This document shows, in pieces, positions 26,995 to 41,471 of a stretch of DNA of 64,000 nt; positions within the stretch are counted from its first letter, which is position 1, and every line of letters begins with the position of its first letter. The position numbers were made by a program, and so were the translations under genes. Origin of the DNA: Octopus sinensis (Eukaryota); contig NC_042997.1 in NCBI RefSeq assembly GCF_006345805.1, forward strand, positions 124,372,001-124,436,000. Direction: 5' to 3'. A model generated the notes under the pieces. It was not told the origin of the DNA and did no database searches. It saw only the letters and a program-made list of their open reading frames with translations.

Positions 26995-28247
26995 CTTGTG
27001 TGTGTGTGTGTGCGTGTGTGTGTTTCAAATGTGGAGGAAATTGTTTGCGCTAGAGTGTAAACGAAGTACAAGTTAAAATCAAAATAAATTTTAAATGAAA
27101 TATACAGATATAATCAAAGGTAGGCTAAAAATAAACTGTACATATGATTTAGGTTTCTCACTTTGAAATGCGAGTGTTATCTAAAGATAGATGGACTCAG
27201 AATAGAAAAAAAGAAAACAAAAAGAAAATCTTTAAACTATTTGTGTCTAGCTCAGGGAAAAGAAAATAAAATTTCATTCGATGTATCAATCAGAACTAAA
27301 TTCCGAAATACTGCAATATTTTGAAACTAACTTGGATTGTTTTATTTTGCTTTATTTGGTATAATTTTCAATGGTTATAATTATATTTTATTTTATTTCT
27401 ATTATATTTATATTTTATCTTTATATTATTTTATTATTATACTCCTCATTGCTAATAACAATTTGATTTGTTTTCCCAATTTTAGTTTCTGCTGGTCAGC
27501 TAATTCAATTTCATAAGGTTTATTTAACAGTGATTCACTCATGCATGAAATAACACTGGAAAAGTTTTCAGAATATTTTATTTCATTTTGTTGTTGGTTT
27601 ACAAAGAAACGTCAGCTGCACCTTTTGTAGTTTTCGACTACGAATTGGTCATAACGAATGGATGCTATATTCGAAACACCTACCATGCTGACATCCCCCT
27701 TACTAAACTAACTACCTCTCACATTCTATCATAAGCATCACACGCTCTTGCTTGTCTTCACTCTAATCTCATTCATCTACTTCAATTTCTCCCTATTTTT
27801 TCTCTTTTCTTCCCCCACTCCCGCTTTCTATCTTTCTCCTCATCTCTACTTTATCTTTTAGTAGTTTATGGATATTTTCTATCCTTTTCTTCGTGATACT
27901 CAGATTTAGTTATTCCGGCATTGAATAAGGACAACAACAGTGAATCAGTCTAATGATTCAGATAAAAAATAACAATAATATGGAGGATAGGGATGAGAAG
28001 GAGAAAATGAAAGAGACGGAGAGTGAAAAGAGGATGATACTGACTTCCAGCGTTAAAGACAGATAAAAAAAATGTGTAAGGAAGAATAGATTCAACTGAC
28101 TCCATTACATGCCTGGTATTCATTTTATCGACGTTAGAATGATGAAAGCCTTTGAACTCGGAGAGGAGAGGGAAACCGCTAAATAGTTGATTGAATTTAG
28201 TACGATGTTCTATCATTTGTGCAATTCAATTTGCATTTAATCATCGT

Positions 28248-28290
<43 letters not shown>

Positions 28291-28969
28291 TTCGTGATCA
28301 TATTCATCATTATTTACTAAAGTGTGTACAAGGCCACACACATTTTGAGGGAGTTAAAGAGCAGGTTAAATCAACTCCTGTATTTGACTGGTTCTCGTTT
28401 GATATTGCGACAGATCGCATATTTGATCAACTTTGATTTTAGGGGTGGAAAGTCTGGTCTAGTGCCGCTTAAGCCTAAAGGCTTCATAATACAAAACAGC
28501 AATTATAGCTCGAGAAAAGCTATATAAGCATGTTGTTTAATCTTTGTAGTATTGCAGTGTAATTCACATTGAATTGCACAGTTGACTCTCTTAGTCAATA
28601 GTGCAACTATTGACTCTCTTCGAGCTTAAACATAGAGTGTAAAGTGATATATTTAATTTTACAAAGCATTTACTTCGCTCACTTTTTACTTCTGTCACAT
28701 TATCTTCATTACTATCACTACTAACAAACAGGAGTGGCTGTGTGCTAAATAGCTTCCTTATAATAGGCAGCCACTCCTACCAAAATTCTTACAATAAATT
28801 ATTCCAATGACCTTAAACGATACTAAGCCCAACCACACACATAGATAAACAGCCACAACCACACACACACACATGTGCTATTATTACACAAACACACACA
28901 CACACGCTTTCATCACACACACACAGACCTGCGGCAAGCACATACCCACACATACACACACATAACTCC

Positions 28970-29240
28970 TTCTCTTGCACCCTCCTGTCTTTGAAAGAAC
29001 TTTTTCTTCACCCATTCCCTTCCGGTCATTTCAATATGTGACCGCGTGTGTATCGTTGGCGACTTTCTTTCTCCGTCTTCCCTTCCTTGGACCTTTCCTT
29101 TACTTGTGTTTCTGACGAAGAGCTACGCTCGAAACGTTATATCCTCCATCTTTCTTTCTTTCCTGGGCGTCCAATAACACTATACTTGTTCCACGTCCTC
29201 GCGTTGTTTTGTTTTCTCCTTGTTCATGTTTGGATCAACT
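28970..29240 (+). mobile_element. Family A-related repeat with canonical-core hammerhead motif (29112-29138)
   Basis: CTGACGA-A-GAGC TAC GCTC-GAAA-CG-TT. The downstream sequence (cctgggcgtccaataa...ttccac...ttgttt) parallels 29570-29667. Confidence 0.72.
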
Positions 29241-29259
29241 ATATATGTATATATATATA

Positions 29260-29424
29260 GGGAGAGTTTACGAAAAAAAAACAAAAGACGAAGACAGGTG
29301 GTGTACAAAAAAACAAACAGATGTATTAGTATAACCAGGAACAGAAAAAGCATTTTACGTTTCGAGCCTACGCTCTTCTACAGAAAGGGACACAGAAAAA
29401 AAAACAAGGAGAGAAACAAGGAGA

Positions 29425-29427
<3 letters not shown>
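29260..29427 (-). mobile_element. Family A repeat with hammerhead-like motif (core 29356-29383)
   Basis: Minus strand: CTGTAGA-A-GAGC GTAG GCTC-GAAA-CG-TA. Confidence 0.75.
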
Positions 29428-29460
<33 letters not shown>

Positions 29461-29465
29461 ATGTT

Positions 29466-29665
29466 GATTCGTTAGCTACTGCACGCATTTTTTTTCTCTC
29501 CTTCTTTCTGTGTTTTTCTCTCTCTGTGTATCTTTCTGTTGAAGAGCGTAGGCTCGAAACGTTAAAGACTTGTTTTATTTATATTTCCTGAGCGCCATAC
29601 TAATACAATTGTTCGTTTGTTTTCCACCTGCCTTCGTCTTTTGTTTATTTTCATAAAGCTTCCCG

Positions 29666-29667
<2 letters not shown>
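29466..29667 (+). mobile_element. Family A repeat with hammerhead-like motif (core 29536-29563)
   Basis: TCTTT-CTGTTGA-A-GAGC GTAG GCTC-GAAA-CG-TT-AAAGA, with a perfect 5-bp stem I. Inverted relative to the 29260 copy. Confidence 0.78.
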
Positions 29668-29734
<67 letters not shown>

Positions 29735-31526
29735 GGTATCGACATAAACTGACCTTAGTAATTTATGTTTTACCAATAAATGCACTAAAAGATATATCGA
29801 GTGTGTACATGCTACTAAAATGATTTTATTACATGCTGAACCAATAATATCAACAAGATAACTATATTACAGGAGCGACTTGAGTTTATAAATCCGAAAA
29901 TCAAAGGAAATTGGAAGGGTATAATTAAAAGGATATAGCATAAACATAAGGATTGTTTAGCAATACGACTGGCCATAATATAACCCTACCATGAAGTTTT
30001 GTATATCAATCTTATATAACGATTAAGAATCGAACATACTGAATCTATTTTAGATGAAAGCACCAAGAATCCACGCATAAATTTGTTCAATTTTTCTACA
30101 GTTTATACCAAATCAGATATATATTGAACGGTGAGATGAAACTCTATAGTGTCATCAGAAGGACAGTTTCTAATCTATGCAAGAAATGGTTATTTATGAA
30201 ACTATGATGTAATTAAGAATGCCACTGAGATTGTCTGATGGGGCACAATGAAAAGAAACGATCTCAAACGAGCTCTTGGAAAAGTTTTCTAAGTATATAA
30301 GTACGATGTAAACTAAAATAAAATTGAAAATGATATGCGAAGTGGCGTGTTGTCTAGATAAGATGTACCAGCGACTATAACTTTAGGATTTACGGCAGAA
30401 ATAGAAATAATAAAATCTCTCTTCGGACTAATGTTTCCAAGCAAGAAAACTATAGAAATGTAAATATAATGCTCTCGGAGGTCATATCGGAAATTGCAAT
30501 ACGCTTGCACTTACCAAATTCAGAATGCTGTCATACTGTTTCCCATATATCTACATATATTGAACTGAGAATAAGTATATCAGTGCAGCAGTCATATACG
30601 AAAACTAAGATCAGGATCCAACAGCTTCTTAAAATATCGATATTGCATAGGCTGTTGACCGGATGACCGGATGATATATAAATCGAAGCATCTTATTATA
30701 AACAAGTTAGTAACACGACATATGGCGTTACTTGTGTGGGCATTGCATAATACAAGCAAAATTTTCAATCGAAACGAATTACAAGATAACTTCATCAGAT
30801 ATAATTTCTATAACAGCACAATTTTCCATGAAAATTTTTGAAATATATATAACAACCAGCACATTAAAATAATTTGCCGCATTTCAGTAAGCACGTGATG
30901 AGAATATAGTTTGCATATAAGTAAATGGAGAGTAGTTTTTCTTTCTATTTATGAGAAAATAAATTTGTTTTAATGTCGTTCAGTTCACATCAGATTGATG
31001 TGGATGGGAAAATAGTGATCTTCAATTTGGCTTAGGTAAAATCTCAAAAGATAATTATAAATAATATTATGTGGAGAATATGGACAACGGAGTAGAAATA
31101 GATGTTTAAATTGTCGGAGTTTATGATAATCCTGTATATATACGCTAAATAAATTACTCGTTTCAATGAATACATCAATTTGATAGTAAATAATGATACA
31201 TAAATGTATCAAACATTGAATATATTGAAAATTATATAGTATATATTGTTGTCCATATTTATATCTTTTATATTTGTTTATTACTTGATTCGGTCACTGA
31301 ACTGCGGGTACGCGGGTTGACCGCCTTGAAGGACTGGTGGATCGACCCCAGTACTAGTATTTATTACAAGGACAGAAACAAACTAGCCCCGTTTATGAAA
31401 TGGTAGCTGGTACAAACACAAAAATATACAGATACACTTATATGTGGGTTCATATGAATGTGCGCGTATATACTCACAAACAAATAAATACATTTATATT
31501 CACATCTACTCGCTTATATATATATA

Positions 31527-31602
<76 letters not shown>

Positions 31603-31726
31603 GTCAACCAGACTGAAGCAAGTAAAAAAAAAAAGAAAAGATATAAATGTGGACGACAATGTATAGTATATAATTTTCAATATATTCAATGTTTGATGCA
31701 CGCATGTGTGTGTATATATGTATATA

Positions 31727-31880
31727 AAGAGAAAGTTTACGAAAATAAACAAAAGACGCAGGCTGGTGGTGTACAAACAAACAGATGTATTAATATAGCG
31801 CTCAGGAATAGAAAATGTATTTTACGTTTCGAGCCTATGCTCTTCTACAGAAGGATACACAAAAAAACAAAGAGAGAAAA
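31727..31880 (-). mobile_element. Family A repeat with hammerhead-like motif (core 31823-31850)
   Basis: Minus strand: GTGTATCCTT-CTGTAGA-A-GAGC ATAG GCTC-GAAA-CG-TA-AAATACAT. Confidence 0.75.
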
Positions 31881-31908
31881 TATATGTATATTTGTATATA
31901 TGTATCTA

Positions 31909-31968
<60 letters not shown>

Positions 31969-32440
31969 TATATATATATATATGTTTATATATGTATGTA
32001 TATATATGTTTATATATGTATATATATATATATATTATATATATACATGCGTGCAAATTTAAAACGTGAAATCAAACAGCGGAGTGATGTTCGGTTATAC
32101 ATATATATATATTCAAATACATTTCCATATTTATATACTTGTATGCATGTATATTTTAACCGTTAGTAAGTTTTATTTCATTTTACATCTCTAAAATTAT
32201 TATAATTATTTTTTAACAAAGCTTGCTTATGTCGAGTGACATTTCCTAAATTTCTCGATATATTTTTAATGCTAAAGAATTTGGTTAAGTCATTATTTTT
32301 TTACACGTTAACTAAATCCTGATTTTGGTTGCTTTTAATACGTAGCTTCAGTTCTTATTGAAATATAAGCATCAGCTTTGTTTTTTTAATATGTGAAAGC
32401 ATTTCTATATTTCTGTGTTTATACATTTGCTTTTACATAT

Positions 32441-32515
<75 letters not shown>

Positions 32516-32650
32516 TATGTATAAGTGTGTGTGTGCGCAAGTGAGTGTGTGTTTGTACGTATGTGTATGTATGTACATATATATATATATATATTACATA
32601 TATGCATGTCATGTATATACACACAACTTATGTGCGTAATGAAAATATAC

Positions 32651-32691
<41 letters not shown>

Positions 32692-34326
32692 CATATTCAC
32701 ATATATATATTACATATTTGCAAATATAAATATGTGTGGGGTAGTGTACATGTGTGAGCGCCTGTGTGCATGTGTGTATATGCATGCGTATGTAGGTACC
32801 TAGTTCCACATGAATATGCATATTTTCTTTTTACTTCTAATTACTATTTCTACATTATCGTACTTTTTACCTTCTCTTGTCACAGGTATATCTCCAGTAC
32901 CAACTAATATTTATATCTTAAATTTTAAATTTATACAACACCAGGTTGAATTTTTTCAAATAATCGCCTACTTACAACGACTTTATTGATTTCTTACATT
33001 TTTTTTTTATTTTTGCTGTAATTTTATTTGTTCGATTAAATTGTGAGGTTAATAACTTGTGTGATTGTCCTGAAATTATTCCCTTGCATGATTCGGTCCT
33101 CAGTGTCCACTTCTTTATAAATATACGATTCTACTCGGACGTACATTTTCTTCTAATACAGTAAAACAGTTTCGCATTTCTCCACACTCCTCTCTCTCTC
33201 TCTCTGTATATATATATATATATGCCCACACCTGACGCAGATACAAGATAATCATGTAGGGGTAACACAACATGTCAACTGAACGGACACTGTACTACTG
33301 GGACCATCGTATAAGTGACAGAGGTAACAGCCGCAGGAGCAATGTGGCAACTGAACGTACGAAAGTATGTGGGAGCAACTGAAGGCCTTTTGCTATAACA
33401 AACTCAAATTTCCCTTCAAAATACCGGGGAGACCTAGCACCACATTCCTTGGCAAGCACTACGTTTCGTCTTTGAAAGAAAAAAAAAACACCGAGCACAG
33501 TTGAAAGAGAAAGATTCCAGAGAAATGTAAACCGAACTTCAATAGCAGCAGTAATTGCAGGCTGTGCCTGGCTGAGAAAAGAGCGATTTCAAAGAACAAC
33601 CAGTTACCAGGCATTTACCTGATTGGTAGAAGTGAAATGTTTAATCCCTGCCCACATGAAAGGTAGTACATCCTATCATACCTGCGTGTCCCATCACGAG
33701 TACAATCAGCAGTCCCCCAGTTTCAATCCGCCACCATTACCCTGGAGTCCGACAAAGAGTTTGACCAGAGCTTACACTAACGCACCCACATACAAACATA
33801 CACGCCCCAACACAACCGACGCCAACCAAATAGCACCACAAAATAAAGTCACACACACACATATTGTACTTTTACACACACCACATGCACACATAAAGTC
33901 CTCACGAACTTAACCAGTCCAAGAATAAAAGAAAACACACTAACACAAATGTGTATGACCTCACCCCCTTGCAAAGGTTATATAGCTATTATCAGTACAC
34001 ATATTCTATTTCGACACGAACACAAAGCTTAAAGACGCACACATTTCCCCTCAAACAGTTCAAGGTAGCTCATACCGACTTTCAAAATAATCATCCCAGA
34101 TGCGATATTTCGGTACCAAGGGGCATAACTCTTAAATTAATTCACTGCTTGTTTCCTTTCATCAACAACCGCAAACCGGATATGTCTATTCACCTCCAAC
34201 AATAGAGAGCGGTCGCCATATTTCATTCCACGTCGGCTATCTCTCAGTGTAGACTTACATAATCTGATTGTTACCAAACACTCCGTTGAAACCCGATGGC
34301 TGTAATGGATATGTGATACTGTACAC

Positions 34327-34520
<194 letters not shown>

Positions 34521-34959
34521 TGATCGATTGATTATTTGATTCGTGAGTACACAGAGAGACGGCTATACATTTTGTGTGGCAATTACAGAGAAAGAGAGAG
34601 AGGAGAGAGAGAGAGAGAGAAAGAAAGAGAGCGAGGTAGGGACTGACAGGAACATTAGATTCCAATAAAAATGTCACAACGTAAACTGCTATCTCCTGGA
34701 AATAATTTTTGAATTAATACATATACGGTCTGGTGCCATTGTTTGGGCCCATGTTGGCTTCGATTAACAAAGCTTTGATCAAAAGCGTTCATGACATTAC
34801 TATTTTAGTTGGTCTTCATTTTTTCTTTTTTTGGCTTTTCTTTCTGCGTCCACTACACCTAGACCCACATAATCTAAATGTTTTGTTTTGCAAGATGGAG
34901 AGAGATATAGGTGTTATTTCAATCGTGTGCAATGTAAAATCACAAGATAAACGAAATGG

Positions 34960-36303
34960 CGGAAAGAAAGCCTTGTGTGTCGATTTTGTAGACGAAAACT
35001 GAAAGAAGCCCGTCGTATATATGTATATATATATGCGTATGTGTGTTTGTGTGTGTGTGCTTGTCCCCCCAACATCGCTTGACAACCGATACTCGTGTAT
35101 TTACGTCCCCGTAACTTAGCGATTCAGCAAAGAAGACCGATAGAATAAGTACTAGGCTTACAAAAAGAGTAAATCCTAGGGCCGATTTGTTCGACTAAAG
35201 GCGGTGCTCCAGCATAGCCGCAGTCAAATGATTGAAACAAGTAAAAGAGTAAAGAGTAATATGAGTCCAGCCTTTGCTGCAAAAAATGTATGCTATTTAG
35301 TTTGTAATATAAAACTAAACAAAATCATTTCTATTTCGTAATATAGCAGTGGCTGTGTGGTAAGTAGCTTTCTTACCAACCACATAGTTCCGGGTTCAGT
35401 TTGTTACACTAAAAATCCCTGTAGAAGAGTTACATTGCAGCAATTAACAGTTTATTTCAGCTTTACCGCGTGCTGGGCTCTACTGTAATGAGATCTCGTT
35501 GCACCTCGTCATTTCTGAACATGTAAATCTTCGTATTTTACTCGAAAACACTAGGAAGAAAAAAGCAGAAGCAACTAGACTTTTGCTGTTCATTGACATT
35601 AATTAAATTGCCAGCAACCATTCAGTGACACGTACTCTGTAAAACTGTACAGTTACCTACGTAACATTCTTAACAGTTCCTTATCAATAGTTTTCAACAA
35701 GGCTTCAAAAATGCAACATAGCAAGCAATGGCTGTGTGGTAAGTAGCTTGCTTACCAACCACATGGTTCCGGGTTCAGTCCCACTGCGTGGCACCTTGGG
35801 CAAGTGTCTTCTACTATAGTCTCGGGCCGACAAAAGCCTTGTGAGTGGATTTCGTAGAAGGAAACTGAAAGACGCCCGTCGTATATATGTATATATATAT
35901 AGGCGCAGGAGTGGCTGTGTGGTAAGTAGCTTGTTTACCAACCACATGGTACCAGGTTAGTCCCACTGCGTGGCACCTTGGGCAAGTGTCTTCTACTATA
36001 GCCTCGGGCCGACCAAAGCCTTGTGAGTGGATTTGGTAGACAGAAACTGAAAGAAGCCCGTCGTATATATGTATATATATATGCGTATGTGGGTTTGTGT
36101 GTCTGTGTTTGTCCCCTTAGCATTGCTTGACAACCGATGCTGGTGTGTTTATGTCCCCGTTACTTAGCGGTTCGGCAAAAGAGACCGATAGAATAAGTAC
36201 TGGGCTTACAAAAGAATAAGTCCCGGGGTCGAGTTGCTCGATTAAAAGTGGTGCTCCAGCATGGCCACAGTCAAATGACTGAAACAAGTAAAAGAGTAAA
36301 AGA

Positions 36304-36361
<58 letters not shown>

Positions 36362-36550
36362 ATATATTTGTGTGTCTGTGTTTGTCCCCCCAACATCGCT
36401 TGACAACCGATGGTGGTGTGTTTACGCCCCTGTAACTTAGCGGTTTGGCAAAAAGATACCGATAGAATGAGTCCTAGGGTCGATTTACTCAACTAAAAGC
36501 GGTGGTCCTGCATTGCAGCAGTCAAATGACTGAAACAAGTAAAGAGTAGA
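34960..36550 (+). mobile_element. Cluster of tRNA/CORE-like SINEs (type A): full copy 35901-36304, partial copies at 34960-35260, 35347-35400, 35728-35895 and 36370-36550
   Basis: A box TGGCTGTGTGG, B box GGTTCAGTCCC, CORE-like caccttgggcaagt, internal (TA)/(TG) tract and (AAAGAGTA)n tail. Confidence 0.92.
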
Positions 36551-37113
36551 TTATAGAACTGTCAGTGTTACTTTGCAGAATAATTAAATACGCGAAGTTG
36601 ACAACTATTCTGTATGTATGTATATATGTGAGAGTGTAAGGTTGTATTTGTGCTTTTATGCATATATGTAAGAGAATTAGCAAAAGAAAACAAAGTATTT
36701 CACGAGAATCTGTTAGAAAAACACAATCTCACTGTATCAAGATCATGTGATTTCTATAAGTTATAGGCAATAGTAATCCAACGTCTTTCATGTTTAAAGT
36801 ACTGTTGCTGGTAGCGTTTAAAAGGCATCAAGTAGGATTCATGGTAGATTAACTGGAAGAATACTTCAAAGAGTAGAATATCTCGCTGAAATCTAGCATG
36901 TTGAGTTTTGTTTAGGAAGGTTAATCATCGCAAAACCTTCAATTGACATTGACGTTGACATTATTCTCGATTATTCATAAATGGGGAATTAACAACATAA
37001 CATTACCATTTTTTATATTGAATCATATATATATATATATTGCGGGGAAATGATATATTAACTATGCGTACATGAAAATATATATACATACAGACTGATA
37101 GATAAATAGTAAT

Positions 37114-37146
37114 GAACATGTTTCGATCCTTACTGGAAATCGTCAG
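37114..37146 (-). ncRNA. Degenerate hammerhead-like motif
   Basis: Minus strand: CTGACGA-TTTCC AGTAA GGATC-GAAA-CATG-TT with palindromic AACATGTT; stem I is poor. Confidence 0.4.
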
Positions 37147-37451
37147 CAAATAGATCTTCACATGGCAAGACATAAATGTGATCAGTACATATAATCAGAA
37201 TATTCCCAATATTTTTTGCTTACAAAAACTAGGAACAATCATTAGCACACCAAACGAAATGTCTAAAAGCGTTTCTTTCTCCAGGGTAAGCTTTACCTTT
37301 CATCTTAGCGGGATTGATAAAATAATTACCTATTGAGCACTAGGATCGATGAAATCAAGTACTCACTGTCCCTATAATATCAGGTCTTGTACCTAGAGCA
37401 GAAAGAATTTTTTTTTTTTCTCCTTCTTTCTTCAAATTTTCTTCCGTTTCT

Positions 37452-38700
<1,249 letters not shown>

Positions 38701-39812
38701 CACATATATGGCCGCTTGTGCTTCCATTTGTGTTGAATATATTTGGTGTGTCGATCTGTAAGTTTATATTTATTGGTGCCGTGGATATGTAGGACTACAT
38801 TATCTAACGCTTAAGCGTCCCTTTTTTTTTTTCAAGCTAATAACGTTGTGATTTGCGCAAGATATGGCTGTTATTTCTAAAGCTCACACTATTACATACA
38901 TCTCAAGTTACTCTGCCAGTCACATCAGTCAGGATCTTTATTTGTGTCGTGCATATATAGTTGATACTGACACCAACTATTTGTCATCACTAAGACTCGA
39001 TGTTTCAAACCAACCTTCTTCAAAGCAATTCCTTGGCATGATTTTATCACATTTGTAGATTTTTAAAGAGTTTATGTCTCTTTTCAAAATTTACTTCGAA
39101 ACATAAAATATGAAATCTAAAATAGTCTTAAAATTTCAGTATAGGTTTAAATAAATTTCCTATGATACGGATTATGATATCTCTTAAAAGCGCCACTCAA
39201 TTGATTTGACTTAACTTAGAGATGCTTACAAATCGATGAACACTCCTAATGAAGCCAGAGTAATCGTGTTTTCTATACATTTCTGTAGAGAACGAAAAAC
39301 GTTTTAAAAAGTATCAAAGTGTGTATGATTATAAAAAGTATCATCCGCATATTCGAAATAAAAATTTAAAGAAGTGTGAGAGATATTAATCTCTGATTTC
39401 ATATATTTAAATATTTGATCTCACGAATCACGAAAGTGGTTATTATGCTTTTCTCAATGACGTTCGTTACACATTCTAGAAGCTGTAGAGTAATGTATGG
39501 AGCGATCTATGTATATAGCTACCTCTCATCATGTTTCCATATCCCTATTACGTTATGATCATCTTTGAGTATTATCTTCCCATTAAGATTAACTCAGTTT
39601 CATTAAAGTACTGAGCATGTTTAAATCAAGGTTATATTACGAACCCACCGAATCACTTTGTGAAATGAAATGGTTTCGACTGATGGTTGAAGCTATCGTT
39701 TTAGCTATGCTGATATATACAAAATTATTGCTGTATTATACACAATACTCCAAAGCTGAGTATACCTACGCCCATTTACTTCCGTCGGAAAATGATATTA
39801 CATATATAATAA

Positions 39813-40147
39813 TACTCTTTTACTCTCTCTTTTACTCTTTTACTTGTTTCAGTCATTTGACTGCGGCCATGCTGGAGCACCGCCTTTAGTCGAGCAAATC
39901 GACCCCAGGACTTATTCTTTGTAAGCCTAGTTGACGAACTGCGAAATTACGAGGATGTAAACACACCAGCATCGGTTGTCAAGCGATGTTTGGAGGACAA
40001 ACACAGACATGCAAACACACACACACACATATATATATATACATATGTACAACAGACTTCTTTCAGTTTCCGTCTACCAAATCTACACACAAGGCTTTCG
40101 TCGCCCCGAGGCTAAAGTCAAAGAGACTTGCTCAAGGTGCCATGCAA
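39813..40147 (-). mobile_element. Type A SINE, 5'-truncated
   Basis: Reverse complement of the body and tail of the 35901 copy. Confidence 0.88.
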
Positions 40148-40164
40148 CGTTATTGATATTTTAG

Positions 40165-41410
40165 GGCAGTGAATTTTCAAAATCGATAGAGTGGCGAATA
40201 GAAGACTTAATATTTCCTTATTTCGCTTCACATTCTGAATTTAAATTCCACTCAGATTAGTATTCACGTTCATTCTTCCGAAGTCGAAAAAGTAAAATAC
40301 CAACCAAGAGCTGGTGGCGATTTAACAGATTCATGTATTCTTTTAAATTTGCGGCTCTGTATTTATATTAGAAAGTACAGTCGTAGTGGAATAGCAGAAT
40401 TGCCTAAACATCGGTATTGTATTTCTTCCACTTATTCAGATTCTAAGCTCAAAAACCCACCCAGGTCAATTTTTGCCTTTCATTCTTTCAGAACAATAAA
40501 ATAAATTACCAACCAAGTAAAAGGGTACTGTTGGCAAAACACTCCTTAAAATTCAAATCTTCTATCTATTTTAAAAACAACTATGTGATAAAACGTTTTG
40601 AAATCAGTAGAGTAACGAACGACTTGGCTCTTTATGTACAGAGTTGAAATTGTGTTGGGGTAGGTTCTTCTTTTCGTCTTTCTGAAGTTGATAACATAGA
40701 ATACCACTATGTTACATAGAATACCACTAAGGTCAATTTAAGAAACTAAAATCCTTCTCCCAAATTTTAGAAATTGCGTTTATGTTAGAGAGATATACGC
40801 GTGCTGGATTGATAGAATCGTTAAAGTCGGAGAAAATTCTTTACTGCATTTTACCCGACACTTTATGATCTAAGTTCAAATAATTCTTTCTACTATAAGC
40901 ACAAGGTCTGAAATTTGGGGAGAGGACTAGTCGATTAAATTGACCCCAGGGTTTCACTGGTACTTAATTTATCGACCCCGAAAAGATAACAGGTAATGTC
41001 GACCTCGGAGGATTTTGAACTTAGAACGAAGCCGCAGACGAAATATATCTAAGTTCAAATAATACCAAGATCAATATTAACTTCCATTCATTCCTGGGTT
41101 GATAAAATAAAGTACACGCCATCTAATGGTGTCGTTTATTCTATTAACCCCTCACACCAATCCTTTAGGTCAGTTAACTATTTTAGAAACTATTATGAAA
41201 GGCGGCATATACCGGCCGAATCACCAAAGCATCGGAGATATATATTCCCACTCTTTACGTTCTCTCTTCAAATCGCACCGATATTAACTTTGAAATTCGT
41301 CTCCTCGAAGTCGATCAAATATTGTTCTATTGAAGTAATGGTATCGATATGATTGACTAATCTGCCTTCCCCTCAAAATTGCTGATCTCGTGCCTAAATC
41401 AAAATGTTGT
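40165..41410. mobile_element. Cluster of ~6 old type B SINE copies (mostly +; 40885-41045 on -)
   Basis: Recurrent degenerate gagttcaaat...gcctttcatcc...gataaaataagtacc blocks at ~200-bp spacing. Confidence 0.65.
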
Positions 41411-41427
41411 AGCAACAATAGTGGTGT

Positions 41428-41471
<44 letters not shown>

